A DNA stretch of 64,000 nt from Candidatus Woykebacteria bacterium RBG_13_40_15. Lineage in GTDB: Bacteria > Patescibacteriota > Microgenomatia > Woykebacterales > RBG-16-39-9b. A model generated the notes under the pieces. That model saw only the letters and a program-made list of their open reading frames with translations, had not been told where the DNA came from and did no database searches. The stretch's first letter is position 1, and the number at the start of each line of letters is the position of its first letter. Where the stretch lies: NCBI GenBank assembly GCA_001816655.1, contig MHCP01000030.1, positions 5,623 to 69,622 of the forward strand, written 5' to 3'. Both the position numbers and the translations under genes were made by a program. Below, piece after piece: positions 9,879 to 19,819 of the stretch.

Positions 9879-12800
9879 TTATTTTAAAACGAGAGCTTTT
9901 GCGATATCCCAACCAATCCAATAAGCATAATTAGATTTGTAGAAAGGCAGAGAAGAACCTAAAGGATGGATGCCTCCCAAACCATCCAAAACATAGCCAC
10001 CAGTACCATCAGTATTTAGACTGATTGACCTAGCAATATCTCTGCCGGGCCAGTAAGAATGAATAGAAATTGAAGGCGCCGCCCCAAAATTATGGACTCC
10101 ACCGTAACCGTCTAAAATATAACCCCCGCCTCCTGGCACTAAGACTACATCTCTAGCAATATCCCAAAGGGGCCAATAAGCGTGGGTGTTGTGAGCAATT
10201 GGAGTTGCCGAACCGAAAGCGTGCAAACCACCCCAACCGTCGAGAATGTAGCCTCCAGTATCATTTGTGTTCAACACGACTGCATTCACAATATCCCATT
10301 TCGGCCAGTAGGCATGCGAAGAATTAGGTATTGTCGGCGCTCCTCCAAAGGCGTGCAACCCACCCCAACCGTCAAGGATGTAGCCTTTTGGTGAAGAAGG
10401 TGTTGAGGATGAGAGTAGAATAACATCCCGTGCAATATCCCATTTCGGCCAGTAGGCATGGGTATTGTGAGCAATTGGAGTTGCCGAACCGAAAGCATGC
10501 AAACCACCCCAGCCATCCAGAACATAGCCCCCGCTATGATCTGGAAGTAACGCAATAGACCGTGCTATATCCCATGGCCATCTATTTCCGTTATCTGCCT
10601 TTGAAGCTGTACCAAATTCATGCACTCCCCCTCTCCCATCAAGTATGTATCCACCTATGTACAAATAATTTATTGCTGACAGTGGGTTTATCCTCCCATA
10701 ACCAAAATTCGCATCGAAACCAGAACTACCTAAATCAGTAGCCGTAGAGCGCATTATGGCTTCTATATTTCCAGGGGTAGCATCTCCAAACCTTTCCGTC
10801 ATCAAGGAGGCTGTTGCCGCAACTACTGCTGAAGCAATTGAAGTGCCTGCAACAGTACCATAACTAAAGTTGGTACAGACCCTTCCAGACGTACATGTAA
10901 GTTTTTGATAAATTAGATCTTGGGTTCCTCCATATCCAGTACCACCAGGCGCCATCAAATCAAGATCTTTTCCATAGCTTGAATAATAAGCTCTAGTGCT
11001 TGTTTTCGTTAGAGCTCCCACCGCAGTTACAAGATTTCCCCTAGCTGGGTATGAAAGGTTACTTGAAGCACCATTCCCAGCTGCCGCAGAGATAAAATTA
11101 CCAGACAACCAAGCAGAATTTATTACTGCTTGAATTACTTCCGAATAATCGTCACCAACAATGGATAGGTTGATTACCTTTGAACCGTTTGCCTTAGCAA
11201 AATCAATACCTGATGCAACATCGCTATCAATACACCAACCTGAAGAATCGCAAACTTTCACCGGCATAATTGAAATGTTATATGCAAGTGAAGCTGAACC
11301 CAAAGCGTTATTTGTGCTTTCTGCTATCACAGAGGCTACAATTGTCCCATGGCCATTATCATCATTTGGATGAGAGTCGTGATTCACAAAATCATAACCA
11401 AGAACAAAATTTGTATGCACAAAGTCGGGTCCTTTAGCATAGTTTTCGCTACCTGCCGGATCATAATTTTCGTAAGCAACACCACTGTCAAGTACCGCAA
11501 CTTTAACTGAAGGGTTGCCACCAGAAGTGTCTTTCCAAACATTTAAAGCGTCCAGTTTTACTAAATCCCATTGCGATAAATAATTCGGATCATTAGGAAG
11601 TGTACTTCCATCAGATGGAAATGTAGCAATCTTTCGAATGTAGTTTGGAGCCACTGTCCCATAATGGCCATATCGACGTAACAGATCCTCGACAGTTGTA
11701 TCATTCCCTATATCTATTCGCTGCAAGCCAGACGCGTTCCTAAAAACAATTTGCTGAGGTAAGAAGTGCGCTAGAGATATCAGAGAGGGGGTAAACTTGT
11801 TTAAGTACGTTCCAGCGCAAGCAGTATTTGCAACCCGGCCATGAACAAACACCGCCGGTAAAGCAAAGCCATCTCTACCAAAGACAGAAATCTCATCGGG
11901 ATCAATATTATGTGAATAGAGCTTCCAAACAACAATTTTGTGTAGGGCATTTTGCACCCTCTTATTCGGGCCAACGTAGCGGAAATCTCCTAAAACAGCT
12001 ACCCCCACGCTACCGCTATTGTAACCACTAGTATGAGCTCCAATTACCCCATCACCTCCCCTTCTACCTTCATAAATAGTACCGTTATTTTGATCAATAA
12101 CAAAGTTGTAGCCTATATCTCCCCAACCCCTAACAACATTATGGTAATAATAAATTGCTCGTACCGTAGACACTGGATCTGGATCATTATTGGAAGTAAC
12201 CGTATGATGGATAATTATTTTTTTAATCGGCGCGTAGTCTTCGCCGGGAACATAAATTGACTCATCGGCTCCCCAGCAAGTTCTAGAACAAATAGCTGGA
12301 GCATCTGTTGGCCTTTTTGGTGCATCATATGCAGCAAAGACTTTTTCAAGGCTAATCTTTAGCTTTTTCAAAATTTTTTCTAGTAAACTTATTTTTTCTT
12401 TGCTATCAATATAAGTAAGGTTGAGCTTTTTCACTTCTGGAATTTTGTTAATATCCGTTGTTTTTAACACTACTTGTTCCTGAAAAAACTTTCCTTCTAG
12501 GGTTATTAATCGTCCGTACTTTTTGTTCGATAGTTCGTAATCTGAACCATCATCATCCACCTCTATCTCTTTCCACTCTGTCCAGATTTTTCCGTCTTTA
12601 CTTGTCCTCACTTGAATGTGTATTTCTGCACCTTTGGGAAGCGCGACTTCCCAGGAAGAAGATAATGCATTAAAAGAAAAGGGAGATGTTTTTACTTGAC
12701 CAATTTTTTTAACCTCGATTGGAGCAGCTTGTCCAAGCACAAAGTGATTGTTTTTGGAAGACAGCTCCTTTGCGAAAAGTTTTAACGTATCAGTTTTGGT

Positions 12801-12932
12801 TACTGAAGTAATGAAATGGCCTGCTCTTACTTTAACTGGTTTTTGGGGATTATAAAAAGCAACCAGAAGACCGAAGAAAACAAGTAGAACTAATAGAATT
12901 AGTACAGAAAAGACTTTTATTCTCACCTTCAC
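9879..12932 (-). CDS. Secreted fusion: N-acetylmuramoyl-L-alanine amidase (Amidase_2/PGRP) + S8 subtilase + C-terminal repeats
   Basis: IIHHT...WGDIGYNF...GAH...TAC (amidase); VAVLDSG, HGT, GTS (S8 triad); repeated GGYxLDGWGGLH and YWPxWDIAR. Confidence 0.85.
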   Translation of the reverse strand: MKVRIKVFSVLILLVLLVFFGLLVAFYNPQKPVKVRAGHFITSVTKTDTLKLFAKELSSKNNHFVLGQAAPIEVKKIGQVKTSPFSFNALSSSWEVALPKGAEIHIQVRTSKDGKIWTEWKEIEVDDDGSDYELSNKKYGRLITLEGKFFQEQVVLKTTDINKIPEVKKLNLTYIDSKEKISLLEKILKKLKISLEKVFAAYDAPKRPTDAPAICSRTCWGADESIYVPGEDYAPIKKIIIHHTVTSNNDPDPVSTVRAIYYYHNVVRGWGDIGYNFVIDQNNGTIYEGRRGGDGVIGAHTSGYNSGSVGVAVLGDFRYVGPNKRVQNALHKIVVWKLYSHNIDPDEISVFGRDGFALPAVFVHGRVANTACAGTYLNKFTPSLISLAHFLPQQIVFRNASGLQRIDIGNDTTVEDLLRRYGHYGTVAPNYIRKIATFPSDGSTLPNDPNYLSQWDLVKLDALNVWKDTSGGNPSVKVAVLDSGVAYENYDPAGSENYAKGPDFVHTNFVLGYDFVNHDSHPNDDNGHGTIVASVIAESTNNALGSASLAYNISIMPVKVCDSSGWCIDSDVASGIDFAKANGSKVINLSIVGDDYSEVIQAVINSAWLSGNFISAAAGNGASSNLSYPARGNLVTAVGALTKTSTRAYYSSYGKDLDLMAPGGTGYGGTQDLIYQKLTCTSGRVCTNFSYGTVAGTSIASAVVAATASLMTERFGDATPGNIEAIMRSTATDLGSSGFDANFGYGRINPLSAINYLYIGGYILDGRGGVHEFGTASKADNGNRWPWDIARSIALLPDHSGGYVLDGWGGLHAFGSATPIAHNTHAYWPKWDIARDVILLSSSTPSSPKGYILDGWGGLHAFGGAPTIPNSSHAYWPKWDIVNAVVLNTNDTGGYILDGWGGLHAFGSATPIAHNTHAYWPLWDIARDVVLVPGGGGYILDGYGGVHNFGAAPSISIHSYWPGRDIARSISLNTDGTGGYVLDGLGGIHPLGSSLPFYKSNYAYWIGWDIAKALVLK
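9900..10655 (-). repeat. About six intragenic repeats (~45-50 aa) in the amidase/S8 C-terminus
   Basis: GGY(I/V)LDGxGG(L/V/I)H..WDIA units; near-identical DNA around 10181-10240 and 10461-10520. Confidence 0.85.
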
Positions 12933-12964
12933 AGCATCTGCCTCAAGAAAATTTTATCACACTT

Positions 12965-14767
12965 TTACTTAACAGTAACGGATTTTGCTAGGTTTCTCGG
13001 TTTGTCTGGATCGGCTTTTCTCTCTAGGGCTAAAAAGTACGCTAAAAGTTGGGCGACAACTATCTGCGAGATACAAGAAGCACTTCCTGCATCTTTTACT
13101 GGCAACCAATAATCGAATACCTGATTTTTCTTTGGTGATACTCCAATAATAAAACCGCCTCTACTTTTAATCTCAGTAGCCCCGGAGATTATCGAATCAT
13201 ATGTTTCATCGAACGGTGCAAACACAATTACAGGAGTACCCTTTTCAATCAAGGCAATAGCCCCATGTTTCAATTCTCCACCAGCAAATCCTTCCGCATG
13301 AATGTAACTTACTTCCTTTATTTTTAATGCTGCTTCAAGAGCTGTGGGGTAATTCAAACCTCGACCTATTGTGTAAATATGGTCGTGGGAAGAAATTTTC
13401 TTAGCTAATTTTTTTACATTTTCGACATATTTTTTCCTTAAGATTTCTTCGATTGATTCACTTGCCTTTGCAACTTGCTTCATACCGCTTACCACATCAT
13501 CTGCTAAAGCCGACGCTAATATGGCAAGTATTGCTAACTTCGAGACGTAGCTTTTTGTCGCACATACGGATTTTTCTGGTCCTGCCCCTAAAAGGATTTT
13601 ATAATCAGAATTCCGATACAAAGTTGAACCAAGATTGTTCACTAAACTAGCAATTTTAGCTCCTCTTTTCTTTGCCTCCATTACAGAATCAATAATATCT
13701 ATCGTTTCGCCTGATTGAGATAGGGCAATAACCAAACTTCTTGGAGTCAAAAAATTAGTTAGGTAAATAAATTCGCTCCCAAAGGAAAAATTAACATGTC
13801 GCGAAGCTATTTTTGAAAATAAGTAACTGCCGGCTAATGCTGCGTGAGCCGCAGTACCACAACCAATTATGTAAGTCCCGTAAGAACTCTTAACAACCCC
13901 TGAAAGAGCCAAAATCGCGTCTTTATAATTTCTGACAATATGGGAAAGAACTTTCGGTTGCTCATAAATTTCCTTAAGCATGTAGTGTGCATATTTACCA
14001 AGACTGGAGGAGCCTATTGACCATTCCAAATGGGTTGGCTCTCTGTTAATTACTTGCCCCGAATTCAAATCGTATAATTTTATACCCTCACTGTTAATCA
14101 ATGCGCCCTGGTTGTCTTCAAGAAAAATCACTTCTTTCGTGTACGGTAGGATTGCTACTGCATCTGAAGAAACCAAATATTCCTCTTTCCCTAAGCCCAG
14201 GCAAAGAGGAGAACCGGTTTTGGCAAGCACAATTTCGTTATTCGGTGAAAGTAATGCTACTGCGTTTAAACCAGTTAATTTTTTAAAAGAGTGCCTAAAG
14301 GCTTCAAATAACAGAGGACCACTATCCTTAGAGTTTGAATTCGTTTTTTTAATTTCATCCTCAACCAAATGATTAACCACTTCTGTATCGGTCTCTGATT
14401 TAAAGCGATGCCCCTTTTTTAGTAACGCTTTTTTTAATTCAGTGTAATTTTCAATTATGCCATTATGAACCAACGCATATTTATCATTACAATCAGTGTG
14501 AGGATGGGCGTTTTCATCTGTAACACCACCGTGAGTTGCCCACCTAGTATGCCCCAGGGCTGCTACGAATGAATTTCGAACGGGAGTTGAATTTATAGTT
14601 TTTACATTGGATATTTTGCCAACTGCTTTTTTTACAACTATTTTATCGTTCTCAAGCCAAGCAAAGCCCCAACTGTCATACCCCCGATACTCCAAAGTCT
14701 TGAGCCCCTCCAAAACTGCCTTAGGGGCACTTGTTTTCTTTCCGACATAGCCAAAAATGCCGCACAT
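12965..14767 (-). CDS. glmS: Glutamine--fructose-6-phosphate transaminase
   Basis: MCGIFG, EYRGYDS, GHTRWATHG, SQSGET, PRNLAKSVTV. Confidence 0.98.
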   Translation of the reverse strand: MCGIFGYVGKKTSAPKAVLEGLKTLEYRGYDSWGFAWLENDKIVVKKAVGKISNVKTINSTPVRNSFVAALGHTRWATHGGVTDENAHPHTDCNDKYALVHNGIIENYTELKKALLKKGHRFKSETDTEVVNHLVEDEIKKTNSNSKDSGPLLFEAFRHSFKKLTGLNAVALLSPNNEIVLAKTGSPLCLGLGKEEYLVSSDAVAILPYTKEVIFLEDNQGALINSEGIKLYDLNSGQVINREPTHLEWSIGSSSLGKYAHYMLKEIYEQPKVLSHIVRNYKDAILALSGVVKSSYGTYIIGCGTAAHAALAGSYLFSKIASRHVNFSFGSEFIYLTNFLTPRSLVIALSQSGETIDIIDSVMEAKKRGAKIASLVNNLGSTLYRNSDYKILLGAGPEKSVCATKSYVSKLAILAILASALADDVVSGMKQVAKASESIEEILRKKYVENVKKLAKKISSHDHIYTIGRGLNYPTALEAALKIKEVSYIHAEGFAGGELKHGAIALIEKGTPVIVFAPFDETYDSIISGATEIKSRGGFIIGVSPKKNQVFDYWLPVKDAGSASCISQIVVAQLLAYFLALERKADPDKPRNLAKSVTVK

Positions 14768-14770
14768 AAA

Positions 14771-15781
14771 TTATTTTCTGGAAGCTATATTAATAATTAA
14801 CCTTGCAAGTTTTCCTTCATCGTGCCGAATTAACGTACCTTGAATTACCAAATCTTTTACTAAGATATTTTTTGCCATTTTTTCACATTCAGCCAAGTCC
14901 GACTCAACTGGGAAAGCAAGCTCTTTAGAGTATCTTTTTAATATTTTTTCTGGAAAACTACTCTTATTCAGAATTGCGTAATCAATGCTTCCGTCTTCCA
15001 AGTAATTATGGATCTCCCGGATAAAATCACTAGCCTTAAAATTGTCTGATTCTCCATGCTTGGTCATTAAATTGCAGGCGTATACTTTTTTTGCTTTTGA
15101 GAAATTGATCGCCTCAGCAATACCATCTACCAAGAGATTTGGAATAATGCTTGTATACAGATCTCCTGGTCCTAAAACTACAATATCTGCCTTTGCAATC
15201 TCTTCAATTGCAGGAGCATAAGCGTAGGCTTTAGGATCAAGATAAACATAGTCTATTGGAATATTAACTTTCTCTTTTCTCACATCTATGTTCGTCTCCC
15301 CAACAATTTCACTACCGTCTTCAAGTCTTGCAACTAAATTGGAACTTGTTAGCGTTACAGGCATCACTTTTCCTTTAATACCAAGAATCCGCCCTGCTTG
15401 AGCAATCGCTTTGTCAGCACCACCAGTTACCTCGGTAAGAGCAGTTAAAAATAGGTTTCCAAAAGAATGCCCCTCTAATCCTTCGCCTTTAGCAAAACGG
15501 TAATTGAAGAGCTGACGCAAAATTAATAAGGATCGATCATCGTTTGTCAAAGCAACCAGAGCCTGCCGACTATCTCCAGGTGGCAAGTGCCCAAATTCGT
15601 CCCGCAATCTACCCGAGGAACCCCCCGAATCCATCATTGTCACAATTGCAGTTATATTGTCAGTGTATTTCTTTAAACCACGTAAAAGGCCGTGAATTCC
15701 CGTACCACCACCAATTACTACAATATGAGGATCAGAATTTTTATTTGAAGAAGAGGGTGTATTTTTTCGTTTTTGTGCCAT
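14771..15781 (-). CDS. YvcK/GlmR (UPF0052, CofD-like) protein
   Basis: IGGGTG, DSGGSSGRLR, GHSFGNL, GPGDLYTSIIPNL. Confidence 0.92.
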   Translation of the reverse strand: MAQKRKNTPSSSNKNSDPHIVVIGGGTGIHGLLRGLKKYTDNITAIVTMMDSGGSSGRLRDEFGHLPPGDSRQALVALTNDDRSLLILRQLFNYRFAKGEGLEGHSFGNLFLTALTEVTGGADKAIAQAGRILGIKGKVMPVTLTSSNLVARLEDGSEIVGETNIDVRKEKVNIPIDYVYLDPKAYAYAPAIEEIAKADIVVLGPGDLYTSIIPNLLVDGIAEAINFSKAKKVYACNLMTKHGESDNFKASDFIREIHNYLEDGSIDYAILNKSSFPEKILKRYSKELAFPVESDLAECEKMAKNILVKDLVIQGTLIRHDEGKLARLIINIASRK

Positions 15782-15857
15782 GAGTTAGGTTCTGGACAAG
15801 CAATCTGATTCTAGCAAACAAGCTTCAAATTATCAAGCAAAGCAGTCAAGCGGGCTG

Positions 15858-16772
15858 TCAAAAAGTTTTAAAAAATTTGATTGTTTTTTCTAGCCCTTGA
15901 TCTAAAGTTGTCTTTGACTGCCAAGAGATCGCATTTTTTATCTTTTCTGCTGCTGTATAAAGTGATGGCGCATCACCTACTCGTTCACCTAAATTTTTGA
16001 TAGGAACACTGTAACCTACTATTTCAAAGATTTTTTTAACAACGTCAATTACCTTCGTTCCGAATCCTGTACCAACATTGAATATATTTAAACCTCCCAA
16101 GGAAAGTACGGCTGTGTGGGCAGACGCTAAATCCTCCACGTATATGAAGTCGCGAATCTGTTCCCCGTTCCAATAAAGTGGGATCGGTTTTCTATTCAGC
16201 GTCGACAAAATGAAATTTGGTATTGCATGAGTTTCAGGGCTGTGAAGTTCATTTGGACCATAAGGATTAAAATAGCGCAAGATTACTGCGTTTAAACCAG
16301 AATTTTCATGCTCTTTTTCGATTAATTTCTCCATTTCAATTTTTGTTTGCCCATAAGGGTTAGCTGCCTTTTTAATTACGGACTCCTCTGTAATCGGAAG
16401 TTTGTCCGGTTCGCCATAAACACAAGCTGAGGAGGAAAAAATTAACTTTTTAACCCCTGCTTCCCTCATGGCCTCCAGCAAAATCTTGCTTCCAACTACA
16501 TTGTTTTCCCAATAAAGATCTGGTTTTTCAACGCTTTCGGGAACAATAATTAAAGCAGCCATATGAATTATGGCATCAATGTTTTTAAGAGCTTCGGTAA
16601 GCTTTTCTTTTTCTGAGAGATCGCCCAACACAAATTCTGCTCTCTCGTCGACTAACTTTTTAAATCCGCGGCTAAGATTATCGTAAACAACTACCCCATG
16701 GCTTTGGTCTAGGAGTTGCTTGGTCACATGCGATCCAATGAAACCAGCGCCGCCAGTCACTAAAATTTTCAT
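15858..16772 (-). CDS. galE: UDP-glucose 4-epimerase
   Basis: TGGAGFIGSH, FSSSACVYG, YGQTK, LRYFN. Confidence 0.88.
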   Translation of the reverse strand: MKILVTGGAGFIGSHVTKQLLDQSHGVVVYDNLSRGFKKLVDERAEFVLGDLSEKEKLTEALKNIDAIIHMAALIIVPESVEKPDLYWENNVVGSKILLEAMREAGVKKLIFSSSACVYGEPDKLPITEESVIKKAANPYGQTKIEMEKLIEKEHENSGLNAVILRYFNPYGPNELHSPETHAIPNFILSTLNRKPIPLYWNGEQIRDFIYVEDLASAHTAVLSLGGLNIFNVGTGFGTKVIDVVKKIFEIVGYSVPIKNLGERVGDAPSLYTAAEKIKNAISWQSKTTLDQGLEKTIKFFKTF

Positions 16773-16806
16773 AATTTATAACCCCAAAGAAATTTTTGTT
16801 TTTACT

Positions 16807-16832
16807 ATATTAATAGATAGTAATATAGTGGC
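16807..16832. repeat. 26-bp intergenic repeat, copy 1
   Basis: ATATTAATAGATAGTAATATAGTGGC, identical to 59849-59874. Confidence 0.85.
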
Positions 16833-16837
16833 TAAAG

Positions 16838-17620
16838 TTAGGTTTTTGCTTTATTTAAATAGGTTTCCGGTTTAGAATACCGCCTTTTTATGGATAAACC
16901 CTGCCTAAATCTAAGTTTAACACTGTTCCACATAAACTCAATTATATCTAAAAGCCCAATTTTCGTATGACCCCATTTTCTCTCGCAGAAATGAATCGGC
17001 ACTTCTTTTATGTTTGCCCCCTTCATATAAGCTTCATAAAGAAGATTCATCTGGAAAGAATATCCTTTTACTTTCAATTTTCTTAAGCTAATTTTTTCCA
17101 AAATTCTCCTCCTTATAACCCGAAAGCCGCTTGTGCAGTCAAGAACATTGTCAATGCCTGCGATATATCTAGCAAAGCGGTTCCCCCAACGGCTATTCGC
17201 CCGACGTAAAAAATTCCAGTTTTTTGGCACTTTGCCGCCTCTAACGTAGCGACTTCCGATAACAAAGTCAGCTCCTCTGTCAATTTCTTTTATAAGAATG
17301 GGTAATTCACTCGGCTGGTGAGAAAAATCAGCATCCATTTCTACAACTGCGTCTGCTTTCAGCTCACCTAACGCATAATCAAATCCCCTAATATAAGCCG
17401 CCCCAAGTCCTTGTTTTTTACCAACCAACAAATGGATATTCTTATACTTTTTCGATAAATCGCGGACTACATCCCCTGTTCCATCTGGGCTTTTATCATC
17501 GACAACAAGAATTTGAAATCTGTGAGGTTTGATAAGCGCAAATTGATCAAGCAATTCTGGAATGAGTCGGGCGATATTTTCTCGTTCGCGATAGGTCGGA
17601 AGAACTATAACAATCTCCAT
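16838..17620 (-). CDS. Polyprenol-phosphate mannose synthase-like GT2 (DPM1-like)
   Basis: PTYRE, DDKSPDGT, EMDADFSH, GSRY, DCTSGFR. Confidence 0.9.
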   Translation of the reverse strand: MEIVIVLPTYRERENIARLIPELLDQFALIKPHRFQILVVDDKSPDGTGDVVRDLSKKYKNIHLLVGKKQGLGAAYIRGFDYALGELKADAVVEMDADFSHQPSELPILIKEIDRGADFVIGSRYVRGGKVPKNWNFLRRANSRWGNRFARYIAGIDNVLDCTSGFRVIRRRILEKISLRKLKVKGYSFQMNLLYEAYMKGANIKEVPIHFCERKWGHTKIGLLDIIEFMWNSVKLRFRQGLSIKRRYSKPETYLNKAKT

Positions 17621-17772
17621 AATTTCAAAATTTCATTACCTTCATAGAACACAGTTCACAGAACGCGAAGCGGTCTATTTTTCAGTATTCTCGATTGTTG
17701 CGACCACTTTGTGGACTATACAATTTGCACAAGGGGATAATAAACTTATAGGGCTTTTTTGTCAAAATAGTG

Positions 17773-19002
17773 TTATTTTGCGACTTCGTAAAAAGTATTA
17801 TTTTGGAGATTTATCACAACAAAGGTGTTTTCTACAGCAGTGTAACATTCAACTCCAACCTCGCAACTACAATTTTGATCTTGATCGTCTGCAGCGCATT
17901 TCCTTGTTTTTCCACCAACCAAGTAATTATTTCCCACCCAAACACCTCCTAGAACAGAGGTTTTAACCAGTTTTTCTTCTTTCGTCTCGATATTGTAAGT
18001 GTAAACATTTCTATCCCCATCAAGACCGCTCATCATTTGGAAATTATTGCCAATATTGTAAGAAATCTTTTTTCTGTCAGAAGATACATCTACAATAGTC
18101 CAATCCTTATTACTATTTAGTTTGGTTGATTTATCTTTTGACAGATCGTATGTAAACACTCCCTCATCCCAATTACTATAAAGAATGGTGTTATTGTTTG
18201 TCCAAAATGGTGCGGTTAGTTTTCCAGTGATCTCTCCTAATTTTTCTCCATTAATATTCCAAATAATAATTTTTACTGATTCAAGATTCATCGTATTGAT
18301 AAGGAAAAATTTTGATGATTCCGGAGAAAATTCCAACTTGAAACAATCACGACTGCTACCACCCCGACCGCCTACTACCCCAAGATCAAAAGTTAGTTTC
18401 TTATCCGACCCAGATGATTTTAAGTCCACTATTGTAACCTCACCACTATCATATTTGGAATAAATTAATATGTTTAAGTTTGGATCAACTTCATAAAATG
18501 TGTTAACAGGAATTTTCTTAAGTTGGCTTTTTTCAAACTGATTTTGCTCTAGATCCACTAGCCAAATTTCACAACTTGAGTCACCACATATTTCGTAACT
18601 GAAAGTATCCGAATCTATAAACTCCCCAACCGAATAATAATGGCTTTGACTTCCATCCGAAGTTACCTGAATTTTTCCCTTTGTAACAACATCCAAAACC
18701 CATATGTTCCCATCGCTACCTGTATAGGCATATTTTGTTTTCTCTTTTTTGGTTTCTGGTTTTGAAGAGGAGGTTGCAGATGACTTTGATGTAGTGCCCT
18801 TTGACTCCTTCGAAAAAGGTTTTGCTAACCAGACCCACAAACCTACCCCGACCAAAAGCAGAATTAAAATCACAACTAGTGAAATCCAAAGCCACTTTTT
18901 TGATCTCTTAGGCTTTTTATTCAAGGAAACATCTATGACTTGTGGTGAATCGGTTTTTTGATCTGAAACCGGTTGCTCTTCTCCAGGTTGTTGCAAAGGC
19001 AT
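17773..19002 (-). CDS. Single-pass membrane protein with probable beta-propeller (TolB-like) extracellular domain
   Basis: N-terminal TM helix, Ser-rich linker, FSPES and VSSDRKKISY blade-like motifs. Confidence 0.6.
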   Translation of the reverse strand: MPLQQPGEEQPVSDQKTDSPQVIDVSLNKKPKRSKKWLWISLVVILILLLVGVGLWVWLAKPFSKESKGTTSKSSATSSSKPETKKEKTKYAYTGSDGNIWVLDVVTKGKIQVTSDGSQSHYYSVGEFIDSDTFSYEICGDSSCEIWLVDLEQNQFEKSQLKKIPVNTFYEVDPNLNILIYSKYDSGEVTIVDLKSSGSDKKLTFDLGVVGGRGGSSRDCFKLEFSPESSKFFLINTMNLESVKIIIWNINGEKLGEITGKLTAPFWTNNNTILYSNWDEGVFTYDLSKDKSTKLNSNKDWTIVDVSSDRKKISYNIGNNFQMMSGLDGDRNVYTYNIETKEEKLVKTSVLGGVWVGNNYLVGGKTRKCAADDQDQNCSCEVGVECYTAVENTFVVINLQNNTFYEVAK

Positions 19003-19106
19003 TAGTTTAATTGTATCTGTAATAAGTTTGATTTGTCAAAAAGGAAATAGAATTTACAAAATAAGATCGCCCCGTATTGCGAAATCTTTGATTTCTTGAT
19101 ACTTTC

Positions 19107-19182
19107 GCGTCTTTATTTGTCGCTTTGCTCCAAAATAAGATCGCTTGTGCGTCTTTATTTGTCGCTTTGCTCCAAAATAAGA
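19107..19182. repeat. Tandem 34-bp direct repeat (42-bp period), each unit a small hairpin
   Basis: GCGTCTTTATTTGTCGCTTTGCTCCAAAATAAGA at 19107-19140 and 19149-19182; partial third copy CAAAATAAGATCGC near 19057. Confidence 0.85.
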
Positions 19183-19279
19183 AACCCCGTACTTCGAAAA
19201 CTCTTGGCACGGGGTTTGGGTAACACCCGCAGCAATCTTATCAATAATTTTTTTGTTGTCAAGACCCCTAATTGGTGAA

Positions 19280-19813
19280 TAGTCAATGGTAACTAGTGCT
19301 TAGTAACAAGGTGGATTACGGCTAGCGTATTTGAACGGAAGATGGTAGAATTAGTTGTCCTTGCGAAGCTAAAATGGAGAAAATAAAAGATTTTACTGAT
19401 TTAAGAATATGGCAGCAAGCACATAAACTAATGCTAGAGATTTATAAGTTAGGTGCAAAATTGCCAAGAGAAGAAAAATTTAACCTTATAGACCAGCTAA
19501 AACGCGCTTCCTTGTCAGTACCAACAAATATAGCCGAAGCTTTTGGTAGGTTTCATTTCACAGACTCCAATCATTTTCTACTAAATGCTAGGGGATCGGC
19601 GTACGAGGTTAGGAGTTTATTAATGGCTGTACGAGATATACAAGGAAAGAATATTATTAATTTTGATAGTTTAGATCATGATTACCAGGAACTAATTAAA
19701 GGAATAAACGCGTTAATTAAATCGCGAAAAGGAAGTAATGGTTAAGTGGCTTGCCATTAGTAACTACTGGGATTTTGTTTACTAGTGACTATTGCACTAA
19801 TGACCATTGACTA
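19280..19813. repeat. Inverted repeat of heptamer units flanking the four-helix-bundle gene
   Basis: TAGTCAATGGTAACTAGTGC (19280-19299) matches the reverse complement of GCACTAATGACCATTGACTA (19794-19813) at 18/20. Confidence 0.8.
19374..19745 (+). CDS. Four-helix-bundle protein (23S rRNA IVP / S23 family)
   Basis: FTDLRIWQ, LPREEKFNLIDQLKRASLSVPTNIAE, ARGS. Confidence 0.93.
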   Translation: MEKIKDFTDLRIWQQAHKLMLEIYKLGAKLPREEKFNLIDQLKRASLSVPTNIAEAFGRFHFTDSNHFLLNARGSAYEVRSLLMAVRDIQGKNIINFDSLDHDYQELIKGINALIKSRKGSNG

Positions 19814-19819
19814 ATAAAA

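Noticed and set aside
19107-19182. CRISPR array
   Set aside because: Only two full repeats with an 8-nt gap, no unique spacers and no cas genes.
19007-19278. Short ORFs containing repeated peptides
   Set aside because: By-products of the 42-bp tandem repeat; no other sign of coding.
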